This document shows positions 27,229-36,135 of a stretch of 64,000 bases of DNA, in pieces. The notes beneath the pieces were generated by a model. The model was not told where the DNA came from. It saw only the letters and a program-made list of their open reading frames with translations, and did no database searches. Source of the DNA: a virus. The stretch lies in the IMG/VR virus record IMGVR_UViG_3300031616_000001, positions 54,180 through 118,179 of that record. One strand, 5' to 3'. The position numbers were made by a program, and so were the translations under genes. Positions within the stretch are counted from its first letter, which is position 1. Each line of letters starts with the position of its first letter.

Positions 27229-29543
27229 CGCGCACCCCCGGCGCGGAGCACGTACACCGGCGCGAAGCGCGCGGGAATGCGTAGGCGGGGATCACCGGGC
27301 GGAATGCGTAGGCGGGGGGCAGCCGACACCGCGGCGCGTGCGCGCTCGCGCAGGGCTTCGCGGTCGAAGTCGGCCAGGGCATCGGGGCCCAGCTCGGAGA
27401 CCTCGAGGCCGTCGAGATTCGGAAGCGCCTCGGGTTCCGGCGTCGCGGTTCCAATTTCCCGGGCAGGGGATACGGAAACGCGAAGCCACTCGGACCAGTT
27501 ATCGGCGCCGAACACCTCTTTGGCTGCTACGTCGGCGGCAGGCTGCGAGGGCTCGGATTGCGTAGGCAGGGGGATGGCTTCCGCATTGGATTGCGTAGCC
27601 GGGGGGCGCGACTCGCGCGCATGCTCCGCCAGGGCATCGGCCAGGGCTCGCGCTTCATCTGCGGCATCGGCGCGCAGGTCTGCGGCGCGGCCGTGCTGAG
27701 CGATGCGCTGCAGGTGCGCCAGGACGGCCGGAGCGGCGGACAGATTGCCGGCCCGCGCTTCCGCGATGGCTGACCCGCGGCCGGAGTCCGGAGCCCATAC
27801 CATGGAAGCGCGCGCCAGCGTCGCCGCCGCGGATTTCATCTGCGCGACCGCGACGGTATGCGCGAACTCGGCGGGGGATACGTGGTGCACTGTCACTGCA
27901 GGTGCGGCCACCGGCCGGGATTGCGTAGGCAGGGGGGTGAGAGTCTCGGCGGCCAGCTCGCGCAAGACTTCCGCGCGCCGATGGTTGCCGATCGAATCCG
28001 CGGCATTGGCGCGCGTCGCGAACCGCTTCGCCGCGCGATCTGCCAGGATTGCCCGCGCGACGCTGGCGCGGAGTGCATTGGCCGCGTCGCTGCGGTACTC
28101 GGCGAAAGCGCGGAAGGTCTGCAGCGGGTCGGCCGCATCTGTAGGCGTCGCGGTTTCGAACCGTCCGAGTAGCGCGCGGGCCCGGGTGAACGTCTGGCAG
28201 TGCACGCGATAGACCGCGCCGGCCATGGCGGGCGCATTGCAGCGCGCGCGCGCCGGCCCGCAGTCCATGCGCGCGGATTCGCGCAGCGCGGCGCCGGGAT
28301 GGCCGCGGAAGGCTTCCGGAAGCGGTTCCGCCCAGACGCGCGCCGCATAGTCTGAGAATTGAGCCGATACGGCGCGCATGCCGCGCGCGGCGGCCATGGC
28401 GCGCAGCTCGGCGAATCCGGCTTCACTGTCGGCGCCAGTCAAGCCCGGGCCGGCGCACTCGAAAAACCGGGATTCGATGCGCTGCGAATCGGTGCCGATC
28501 AGATGGAGTTCGAACCGATACCGCGGCGCGTCGGCATTGGCGGCCGTGGGCGCGTCCGGCGCGGATTGCGCGGCCACGATATCGGCCGGCGCGCTGGCGT
28601 GCACTGGCGCCGCGGTTTCGTCGCTGGCGTCGGCATCGGCGGCCATGTAGTGAGCCAGCGCGGCGGATTGATCGAATGCGGCCAAACCGGCCACCGCGCG
28701 CGCCACGCGCTCGCGGAACGCGTCTTCGGCCATCTTCGATTCGATCCATGCCAGGGCCAAGGAATGTGACTTGAAACCGTCGGCCGGCGCGCCAGTCTTG
28801 ACGGTATCGACGCCAAGGCCCGACGGCGTGTGCATCACGTGGAACTTCCCGCCGTCGATAGAGCGTGCCAGGGTGAACGCATGGCCGCCGATCTCGACTG
28901 ATTCGGCGGCCATGTAGGGCCGAGGGCCGGCTCCGGACGAAACGCCAAAGTACAGCGCGCCGCGACTCGCGGCCAGCTGCAGCGCGCCGGCATAGTCGCG
29001 GGCTTCCCACATGGCACGCGCGGCCACGTGCGGCGCCGACGCGGCCGGCTTCGAAGGCTTCGCCGCGCGCCGCGCTTTGCCATCAAACGCGCCGCGGTTC
29101 GCGTGGACCTTGTCAGCCAGGACGAGAAGCGCGCCGCGCAGATTCGCGACCGTCAGGGAACCGCGCGCGCCGTCCGGCGTGCCGTAGGCGAATGTCGCCC
29201 GCGCGTTATCGCGTGCGGCCAGGAACGGCCCGGGCTTCTCGGGATGCGTCAGCATGCGCGGCCATTTGCTGGCCGGCCCTTCGGTTTCGATCTCGATCGA
29301 TGCCGCGCCGAGCACTGGCATGTAGAAGACCGCGCCGGTTTCATGTTCGGCAGGAACAGTGAACGGATACAGCCCGGGCGCGTAGCGGTCCGGGAATTCG
29401 CATTCCGGAGCGAACTCGGGCGCCAGCTCTGCAGCGGCGCGAATCGCGGCGCACAGTGCAGCGGCGCCGCTGTAGCGCGTCGCCGCGTATGCCAGGGTGG
29501 CGGAGGTGTTCGCGCTGCGCGCGGGGGTGAAAGTGGTTGTCAT
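27225..29543 (-). CDS. large Ala-rich early protein
   Basis: 772-aa ORF behind the repeated leader. Confidence 0.65.
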   Translation of the reverse strand: MTTTFTPARSANTSATLAYAATRYSGAAALCAAIRAAAELAPEFAPECEFPDRYAPGLYPFTVPAEHETGAVFYMPVLGAASIEIETEGPASKWPRMLTHPEKPGPFLAARDNARATFAYGTPDGARGSLTVANLRGALLVLADKVHANRGAFDGKARRAAKPSKPAASAPHVAARAMWEARDYAGALQLAASRGALYFGVSSGAGPRPYMAAESVEIGGHAFTLARSIDGGKFHVMHTPSGLGVDTVKTGAPADGFKSHSLALAWIESKMAEDAFRERVARAVAGLAAFDQSAALAHYMAADADASDETAAPVHASAPADIVAAQSAPDAPTAANADAPRYRFELHLIGTDSQRIESRFFECAGPGLTGADSEAGFAELRAMAAARGMRAVSAQFSDYAARVWAEPLPEAFRGHPGAALRESARMDCGPARARCNAPAMAGAVYRVHCQTFTRARALLGRFETATPTDAADPLQTFRAFAEYRSDAANALRASVARAILADRAAKRFATRANAADSIGNHRRAEVLRELAAETLTPLPTQSRPVAAPAVTVHHVSPAEFAHTVAVAQMKSAAATLARASMVWAPDSGRGSAIAEARAGNLSAAPAVLAHLQRIAQHGRAADLRADAADEARALADALAEHARESRPPATQSNAEAIPLPTQSEPSQPAADVAAKEVFGADNWSEWLRVSVSPAREIGTATPEPEALPNLDGLEVSELGPDALADFDREALRERARAAVSAAPRLRIPPGDPRLRIPARFAPVYVLRAGGAR

Positions 29544-29676
29544 GGCTTCGAATCCTTGAAGGCTTCGCGCGGTGCGCGCGTGCAGGGTTTAGGGTTCCGG
29601 GATAGTGCTTTCGCACTGGCAAGCGCGGCGCGCCATGCTTGCCAGTGCGGCCGGCGCGTGGCCGGCCGGCGCGCGT

Positions 29677-30000
29677 CTAGTGCCGACTCCATGTCGCGCC
29701 GCTGTCGTGCGAGTGCAAGCCCGAGGCAATCGCACGCGGGTCCATGCGGTTCCCGGACAGCGCTTCCGCGCGGAGCAGGGCGCGCCGCACTTCCGGCGTG
29801 TGCGAAACCGCGCGGTACGCGCAGAGGTCCGAAACCCCTTCGCGGTCGGCGTCAAGCCATCCCGCGAACGAAACCGAGCCGGCGCGGCCGATAACCACTT
29901 TCACGGCGCCGGCCCCGATGGCCGCGACAAGCTTTTCGAGCGCGGTGCGCTGGCGCGCCTTTGCGGCCGGCGTCAGATTTGTCTGTGTAATGCATGGCAT
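29677..30000 (-). CDS. AAA-associated hypothetical protein
   Basis: MPC..., GVSDLCAYR, GLHSHDSG. Confidence 0.6.
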   Translation of the reverse strand: MPCITQTNLTPAAKARQRTALEKLVAAIGAGAVKVVIGRAGSVSFAGWLDADREGVSDLCAYRAVSHTPEVRRALLRAEALSGNRMDPRAIASGLHSHDSGATWSRH

Positions 30001-30010
30001 GGCCGGCCCC

Positions 30011-30871
30011 TCAGATTTCAAGCGCGGCCTGCGGCGCGTAGACGGGAACGGGGAACCATGCCACGGCCGGCGGCGTCTCGAAGTCAATCGAGGGAACCGG
30101 GCCGACTTCCACGGCCGGCGCATCATCCGTGGGCGCGAGATCGATGGCCGGCGCGAAGATGTCAACCGGCGCGGCATCCGCGGCCGGCACGCTGTCCACG
30201 TCGAGCACGGCAAACCGCGCGGCTTTCAAGGCTTCGAGCTGCAGCCCCTGCACGACACTTGCCGCGGTTTCCCCGGAGCGCTCGACGCGGCGAACAATGT
30301 CGCGCGCCACGCTACGCACTTCGGCAATCGCTGCACTCACGGCCGCCGCGGTGTCGGTCGACAGCATGCCCGACAGTTCGCGGGCTTTGTTCGCGGCTTC
30401 GCGAATCGCGGCCGGGTCTGCGTTCCGCACGCCGCGCTCCATGGCTTCGATAAGGTCGCGCACCTCGGACCCGATGGCCGCCGCGGCTTCCGTATCACTG
30501 TCGGCGATGCGGCCGGCAATCACGAACACGTCGAGACGCGAGAAGCGCGCGCCGCGGTTGAATTCGTCAGCCACGCGGCGCGCTTCCGCGATGCCGTCAG
30601 AAAGTGCGGATTCATTGGACGACGGGCAGAGAAGCCCGAAAGTCGAGGCACAGCAGGTCCGCAGGATCGCGGTACGCGCGAGGCCGCGCGCTCTCACTGC
30701 GGAGTCGTGCTCCGCGGCGTCGGCGATCTCGCGGCGCGTGCGCCACTCCGCCACGCGTGCCTCGCCCTGCAGGTGATCGGATTCGATGGTCTCGGTTTGA
30801 TACGAGACGCCGCCGCGGATAGTGGTTTTGAGGGAGACGAGAAGCCCGGGGCGGATGATTGAAGTTTGCAT
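30011..30871 (-). CDS. AAA-associated helical protein
   Basis: RPGLLVSLKT, CCASTFGLLCP; RBS. Confidence 0.65.
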   Translation of the reverse strand: MQTSIIRPGLLVSLKTTIRGGVSYQTETIESDHLQGEARVAEWRTRREIADAAEHDSAVRARGLARTAILRTCCASTFGLLCPSSNESALSDGIAEARRVADEFNRGARFSRLDVFVIAGRIADSDTEAAAAIGSEVRDLIEAMERGVRNADPAAIREAANKARELSGMLSTDTAAAVSAAIAEVRSVARDIVRRVERSGETAASVVQGLQLEALKAARFAVLDVDSVPAADAAPVDIFAPAIDLAPTDDAPAVEVGPVPSIDFETPPAVAWFPVPVYAPQAALEI

Positions 30872-30902
30872 GATCGAATTCCTTCCGTAGTGGTGTCAGG
30901 GA

Positions 30903-32468
30903 TCAAAGGTCCAGCGTGCGGCGACCATCGGCGCCCGGCACGACTTCCGGCGCGCTTGCCATCCTGGCCCGGCCGTTTGCCCATTGGCGCAGCGCTGCGA
31001 TACGCTCCGCCGCGGTTCGCACTATCGGCACGGTCGCGCCGGCCGCGCTCAACAGGTCAGCGGTTTGCAGCGGCCGCGCGCCGTCAGCGAATGCCGTAAA
31101 CATGGCGTCAGGCACGAGCGCGGCCAGCTCGGCGCCAGTGAATTCCGCGGTCGCAGCTGCCACGGCCGCCGCGTCGATGGCATCGGCGTCGCGGCCGTGT
31201 TCGCGGAGCGCGGTCTGCACGATGGCCGCGCGTTCCGTCGGCGTCGGCACGTCGACGAAAAACACTTCGTCAAACCGACCTTTGCGCATGAGCTCCGGCG
31301 GAAGCTTCGAAACGTCATTCGCAGTCGCGACGACGAACACCGACCCGGCGCGATCCTGCATCCATTGCAGAACCGCGCCCAGCGCGTCCGCACTCACGCC
31401 GCCGTCCGCCGCGCCCTGCGTGGCGCCCCCCATGGCTTTCTCGATCTCGTCAAGCCAGAGGACGCACGGCGCGACCGTCTCGGCGACTTTCAGGGCTTTG
31501 CGGATGTTGCCTTCGGACTCGCCGACCCACTTGGAGCGGAGCGCGCCCATGTCGAGGCGCAGCAGCGGCATACTCCAAGCCGCTGCGATTGCCTTTGCAC
31601 TGAGCGACTTTCCGCAGCCCGGAACACCGACGAGCAAAACCCCCTTGGGAGCGCTCAGGCCATAGGCGCGCGCGGCCGGCGTGAACGCGGCGCGGCGCTG
31701 CGTCAGCCAGGATTTGAGGTTTTCCAGTCCGCCGACCCCGTCGAGGCCAGATGCCAGGGGATCGAACCATTCAAGCACGCGTTCACGGGCAATCACGCGC
31801 CGTTTCTCTTGCGCTACCGTGGCCGGGTCAATCCGGCGCGTGGCGATGATGGAGCGCGCAAACGTGCTTTGCGCCTCTTCGGCCGACAGTCCGACGGCCG
31901 CATCAATTGCCGCGTCTCGCGTGCCGTCCGGCGCGGCCGTGGCGCGCATCTCGTCGGGAAGCGCTGCAATTGCCGCGTCAAGGATTTGCCCGACTTCGTC
32001 GCGGTCTGGCAAGGGGACATCAATCACGATTGCATGCCCCTGCAGTTCCGGCGGAACCTCTGCCGAAGGCGTCACGACGACGACGGCGCGCGCGGAGTCG
32101 CGAGCGGCAAGCGGAAGCGAGCGGCAAAGCGAGCGGAGCGCACGGGTTACCGTGGGATCGCGAAGCCACGCCGGCAGATCGCGGAGCACGTAGACGGAAC
32201 GCGAGCGCGAATCGCGCACGGCGGCCAGGGCTTGCGCCGGGTCGGTCGCGCGTGAGTCAATGTCGCCGCCCCCGACAATCTGCGTGATCCCGTTCGCGCA
32301 GTCCCACGCAATCGGCGCATATCCGGCCGATGCGGCGGCGTCGATCACGAGACGTTCGGCGCGTGCCTCTTCGCGCGTCACGAGCCAGATAAGCGGGTTG
32401 CGTGCGCGCAGTAGCGCGGCGATGTCGGCTGCGCAGCGCGCGCCGGCGGTCTGGGTCTGGGTTGTCAT
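30903..32468 (-). CDS. AAA+ ATPase (Ycf46-like, degenerate N-terminal AAA)
   Basis: GVPGCGKS Walker A, LWLDEIEK Walker B, ATAN, LPPELMRKGRFD. Confidence 0.9.
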   Translation of the reverse strand: MTTQTQTAGARCAADIAALLRARNPLIWLVTREEARAERLVIDAAASAGYAPIAWDCANGITQIVGGGDIDSRATDPAQALAAVRDSRSRSVYVLRDLPAWLRDPTVTRALRSLCRSLPLAARDSARAVVVVTPSAEVPPELQGHAIVIDVPLPDRDEVGQILDAAIAALPDEMRATAAPDGTRDAAIDAAVGLSAEEAQSTFARSIIATRRIDPATVAQEKRRVIARERVLEWFDPLASGLDGVGGLENLKSWLTQRRAAFTPAARAYGLSAPKGVLLVGVPGCGKSLSAKAIAAAWSMPLLRLDMGALRSKWVGESEGNIRKALKVAETVAPCVLWLDEIEKAMGGATQGAADGGVSADALGAVLQWMQDRAGSVFVVATANDVSKLPPELMRKGRFDEVFFVDVPTPTERAAIVQTALREHGRDADAIDAAAVAAATAEFTGAELAALVPDAMFTAFADGARPLQTADLLSAAGATVPIVRTAAERIAALRQWANGRARMASAPEVVPGADGRRTLDL

Positions 32469-32471
32469 GAC

Positions 32472-32732
32472 TCAGGCCCCCAACATCAGGAACAGGGAAG
32501 CCGCGCCGGCCACACCCAGCGCCACCGAGAACAGGACCGCGGCCAGGGTGTTACCCGACTGGGCCCGGGCCGGCGCGTTCCGCGGCGCGGCGCGCTTGCT
32601 GTCGCGGCGCTCGAGCACGCGGCGCCAGTCGTCGCGCTCCGATTGCAGGGCCATGGAGCGGGCTTGCTGCTGAATGGCAAGCACTGCCTGCTGTTCGTTG
32701 AAATAGACCTCGGTGCGAATGGTGCGTGACAT
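32472..32732 (-). CDS. first early gene, C-terminal TM
   Basis: AGGAG RBS; hydrophobic C-terminus. Confidence 0.55.
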   Translation of the reverse strand: MSRTIRTEVYFNEQQAVLAIQQQARSMALQSERDDWRRVLERRDSKRAAPRNAPARAQSGNTLAAVLFSVALGVAGAASLFLMLGA

Positions 32733-32826
32733 TTTTAGAACTCCTGCGGGCTTTGCAGTGCATGCCGCTTTGGATCACCCGGAACCGCCGGGCCGCTGCA
32801 CTAGTTGTCGGTTAGCGCATGAATGA

Positions 32827-32864
32827 ACTATAGCAGCGCAAAGGCGAAACGCAAGCAATGCTAA
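32827..32864 (-). promoter_or_regulatory. putative early sigma70 promoter with operator-like palindrome
   Basis: Minus strand TTAGCATTGC-TTGCGT-N16-TATAGT with extended TG. Confidence 0.6.
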
Positions 32865-33474
32865 AGTTAAAACGTGAAATAGTTGCGCGTTCCCCTGCAT
32901 CTGAATGGGAGTGCAAGCGCGCTGCTGTCCTACAGACAATGGCGCCGATCGACCCAGATACAGTACATTTCCGCTATTGTCTGCAGCTAGTCGCCACTCA
33001 GGCACTGCAGTAGGCAAGCCCGCTGCGACCGGTTCCGGTTCGCGCAGCCCCCACTAGATTGACCCTCGCAAGCGCGCCCACTCGGCGCGCTGCACTGCCA
33101 TGCGCGCCGCTCCCTGGTCCGATCAGATCGGAGCGCGCTGGCCGCTTTCCCCTGCAGCTCTGCCCGTGTGTCTCACGCAGCAGCGCGCGCACGCCATGCG
33201 CTGACCCCCGCAACGACCGACCGTGCCGACCATCGCGAACCGATGGCCGCGCGTCGGGTTGCGCTCGTCCGCCATGCAAAGCGCGTCGCTTCGTTTCATA
33301 TGGGCCGGAACGGCATGGGGGCCGGGTCGGATTGGTCCGAGTGGCGCCAGCTCAGGACCCGGGGGGGTGGGTTCGGAACTGCGCGGGCCCGGGCGAAAAC
33401 ACCGGTCGTGCCGAGTCAGACGCATCGCGTCAGTTGCGAAGGTATTTTTTGCAGGGGGTCGAAGGGGTCGCCAG

Positions 33475-33819
33475 ATGGTTTGGAATCGAGGCACCGCCGA
33501 ATCGCGCGGCTATGGACCGGCATGGCGCAAGTTGCGCGTGAGGATCCTGAAGCGGGACGGCTTCGTTTGCCAGTGCTCAGATTGCAAATCGGCGTTTCTG
33601 GTGACCGAGGCAACCGAGGTTGATCACGTCCTGAGCAAAGCCAAATGGCTGAAGAGATTCGGCAATCTGGTCGGCGTTGACGACCCAACCAACCTCCAGG
33701 CCATCAATCGCGACTGCCACAAGCGCAAGACCGCGATCGAGATGGGCCTGCGACTCAAAGGTGGATGCGACGTGACCGGCTGGCCACAAGGCATCGACCA
33801 CCCGTGGAATGTGAAGTGA
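33475..33819 (+). CDS. packaging-associated HNH endonuclease
   Basis: RGYGPAWRKLR..RDGFVCQC, ATEVDH, NLQAINRDCH; directly upstream of terS. Confidence 0.85.
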   Translation: MVWNRGTAESRGYGPAWRKLRVRILKRDGFVCQCSDCKSAFLVTEATEVDHVLSKAKWLKRFGNLVGVDDPTNLQAINRDCHKRKTAIEMGLRLKGGCDVTGWPQGIDHPWNVK

Positions 33820-33825
33820 CATCGA

Positions 33826-34311
33826 ATGGCGAATCCTCGAAAGCCCACTGACCTGAAGTTGGTCGCGGGCACGACGCGGAAGGATCGATCCAATCCCACC
33901 GAGCCGAAACCAGACAAGGTAGCGCCGGTATGCCCGGCGCATATGAGCGACGAGTGCAAGGTGTACTGGGGTCGCGTCTGCGTCGAGTTGGAAATGATGG
34001 GCGTGCTCACGCGAGCCGACGGTATCGCGCTCGAGCAACTGGTCTACCTGTACCAGGAGAGCGTCACCCTCAAGGGCATCCTGGCCAAGGAAGGTCGCAC
34101 GTACCAGGTCAAGGCGACGAACGGCGAAGTCGTGTGGAAGAAGCACCCGGCGGCCGACATGCTCAAGGACATCCTCGTGGAGTTGCGTCACAGCCGCTCC
34201 GAGTTCGGCTTGAGCCCCGCATCCCGCACCAAGGTGCACACGGTCCCGACCGGTGGCAACAAGAACCCCGCGGAAGCCCCGAAGCAGCCCGCCTCGGCCT
34301 ACCTTACCTGA
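33826..34311 (+). CDS. terS: terminase small subunit, P27 family
   Basis: RKPTDLKLVAG, KKHPA, EFGLSPASRTK. Confidence 0.9.
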   Translation: MANPRKPTDLKLVAGTTRKDRSNPTEPKPDKVAPVCPAHMSDECKVYWGRVCVELEMMGVLTRADGIALEQLVYLYQESVTLKGILAKEGRTYQVKATNGEVVWKKHPAADMLKDILVELRHSRSEFGLSPASRTKVHTVPTGGNKNPAEAPKQPASAYLT

Positions 34312-36055
34312 CCCGGTCACGGCGTACGCGCTCTCCGTCGTCAACGGCGAGACGCTCGCCGGGCCGAATGTCAGAGGAGCCTGCCGGCGCCATCTCGCGG
34401 ATCTGAAGGAGGGCAAGGCGCGCGGGCTCCGGTTCGACCTGGTTTTGGTCAACCGCGCGATCGGCTTCTTCCGCGATGTCTTGCGCCTGAACGGCGGCGA
34501 ACACGAGGGCCGGCCGTTCCACCTCGAACCGTGGCAAGCCTTCATCGTCGGCAGCCTCTTTGGCTGGCTTGGATCCGACGGCTTCCGCAGATTCCGCACC
34601 GCCTACATCGAGATCGGCAAGGGCAACGGCAAGTCGCCGCTGTGCGCCGGCATCGGCCTGTACTGCCTGTGCGCGGACAACGAGCCGCGAGCCGAGGTGT
34701 ACGCGGCGGCGACGAAGAAGGACCAGGCAATGATCCTGTTCCGTGACGCCGTCGCGATGGTGAACCAGTCGCCCGAGCTTCACGCGAAGATCGCGCAGAC
34801 CGGCGGCCAGAACCCATGGAATCTGAGCTACGGCGGCAGCTTCTTTCGTGCCATCAGCTCCGACGACGGTCAGTCCGGGCCGCGGCCGCATTGCTCGCTG
34901 ATCGACGAGGTGCACGAGCACACCAACTCCGGCGTCGTTGACATGCTCGGCTTGGGCCAGAAGGGGCGCCGGCAGCCACTGACGGTAGAGATCACGAACA
35001 GCGGGTTCGACCGCACCTCGATCTGCTTCCAGCATCACGAGTACAGCGGCCGCGTCACCTCCGGCATGGAGGAAAACGACGAGTGGTTCGCGTACGTCTG
35101 CGGGCTGGACGAGGGCGACGATCCGATGAAGGACGAGTCGTGCTGGCCGAAGGCCAACCCGAACCTCGGCGTCTCGGTCACGCTCAAGTACCTGCGCAAG
35201 GAGGTGCGCGAAGCCATCGGCATGCCGGCCAAGGCATCGATCGTCAAGCGCCTCAACTTCTGCGTTTGGGTCGACGCCGAGAATCCGTGGATCGAGGGTC
35301 CGCTGTGGATGGCGTGCGAGGACAAGTTCGACGCGATCTCAGAGTTGCAGCAATGCAGCGAGGTCGTCGGTGCTCTCGACCTTTCGGGCACGCGAGATCT
35401 GACGGCATTGGCCTTGGCAGGTCTCGTCGAGACCGTCATCACCTGCGTGGTCGAGTTCTGGACGCCGAAGGACACGCTGATCGAGCGCGCGCGCACCGAT
35501 CGCGTTCCCTACGACTCGTGGGTCGAGGACGGCTACATGACGGCGACGCCAGGTCGCAACGTCGACTATGGTTTCGTCGCCCAGCGCCTCAGCGAGCTCC
35601 AGGTCATCTTGCCGTCGTTCCGCAGGCTGTGCTTCGACCCGTACCGGATCAAGTACCTCGAGAAGGAGCTCGATGAGCTCGGCATCGAGATTGAGCTGAT
35701 CCCGCACGGGCAGGGCTACTACAAGGCGCACGACAAGCCGTCGGAAGATCAGAAGAAGGCCAAGGCCGGCGACAAGCCGCGGCCCAACATGTGGATGCCG
35801 CGGTCGATCGAGCTGCTCGAGAAGGCCATCCCGGAGAAGCGCTTCCGCGTTCAGCGCAACCCGTGCCTGACCTGGAATAGCGCGTCGGCCGTGCTGGAGG
35901 CCGACTCGAAAAACAATCGCATCTTCTCGAAGCGCAAGTCGCGAGGCCGCATCGACGGACTCGTGGCAGCCGCGATGGCCACGGGACTTCTTCACGAAGA
36001 CGCGCCGCCACCGAAGAAGCGCGAGTTCCAGCTGTTCACGCTGGGCGGGCGATAG
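34253..36055 (+). CDS. terL: terminase large subunit
   Basis: LEPWQ, GKGNGKS, IDEVHEH, LDLS..DLTA, RIDGLVA. Confidence 0.95.
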   Translation: MATRTPRKPRSSPPRPTLPDPVTAYALSVVNGETLAGPNVRGACRRHLADLKEGKARGLRFDLVLVNRAIGFFRDVLRLNGGEHEGRPFHLEPWQAFIVGSLFGWLGSDGFRRFRTAYIEIGKGNGKSPLCAGIGLYCLCADNEPRAEVYAAATKKDQAMILFRDAVAMVNQSPELHAKIAQTGGQNPWNLSYGGSFFRAISSDDGQSGPRPHCSLIDEVHEHTNSGVVDMLGLGQKGRRQPLTVEITNSGFDRTSICFQHHEYSGRVTSGMEENDEWFAYVCGLDEGDDPMKDESCWPKANPNLGVSVTLKYLRKEVREAIGMPAKASIVKRLNFCVWVDAENPWIEGPLWMACEDKFDAISELQQCSEVVGALDLSGTRDLTALALAGLVETVITCVVEFWTPKDTLIERARTDRVPYDSWVEDGYMTATPGRNVDYGFVAQRLSELQVILPSFRRLCFDPYRIKYLEKELDELGIEIELIPHGQGYYKAHDKPSEDQKKAKAGDKPRPNMWMPRSIELLEKAIPEKRFRVQRNPCLTWNSASAVLEADSKNNRIFSKRKSRGRIDGLVAAAMATGLLHEDAPPPKKREFQLFTLGGR

Positions 36056-36094
36056 CGCACTGACGCCGCCGAGACGAAGACACCAACCTCATAC

Positions 36095-36124
36095 GAACCC
36101 GCCCTCGAGGCGGGTTTTGCATTT
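36095..36124 (+). terminator. rho-independent terminator-like hairpin
   Basis: AACCCGCC-CTCGA-GGCGGGTT followed by T residues. Confidence 0.55.
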
Positions 36125-36135
36125 CTGGAGCTCAC

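Larger units (their letters stand above)
19321..27936 (+). repeat. dispersed co-oriented motif GA(A/T)TGCGTAG-N1-4-GGGG, about 20 copies
   Basis: Copies at 19321, 19548, 19927, 20379, 20406, 21554, 22035, 22065, 23270, 24702, 24727, 26099, 26301, 26735, 26756, 27276, 27303, 27557, 27590, 27920, plus a variant at 23249. Confidence 0.9.

Noticed and set aside
19321-27936. PPATQS/PLPTQS as a protein-level targeting motif
   Set aside because: The same DNA motif occurs in other frames and in intergenic DNA.
17934-33000. Plus-strand ORFs across the early region
   Set aside because: They are shadows of the coupled minus-strand genes, which have RBSs and recognisable domains.
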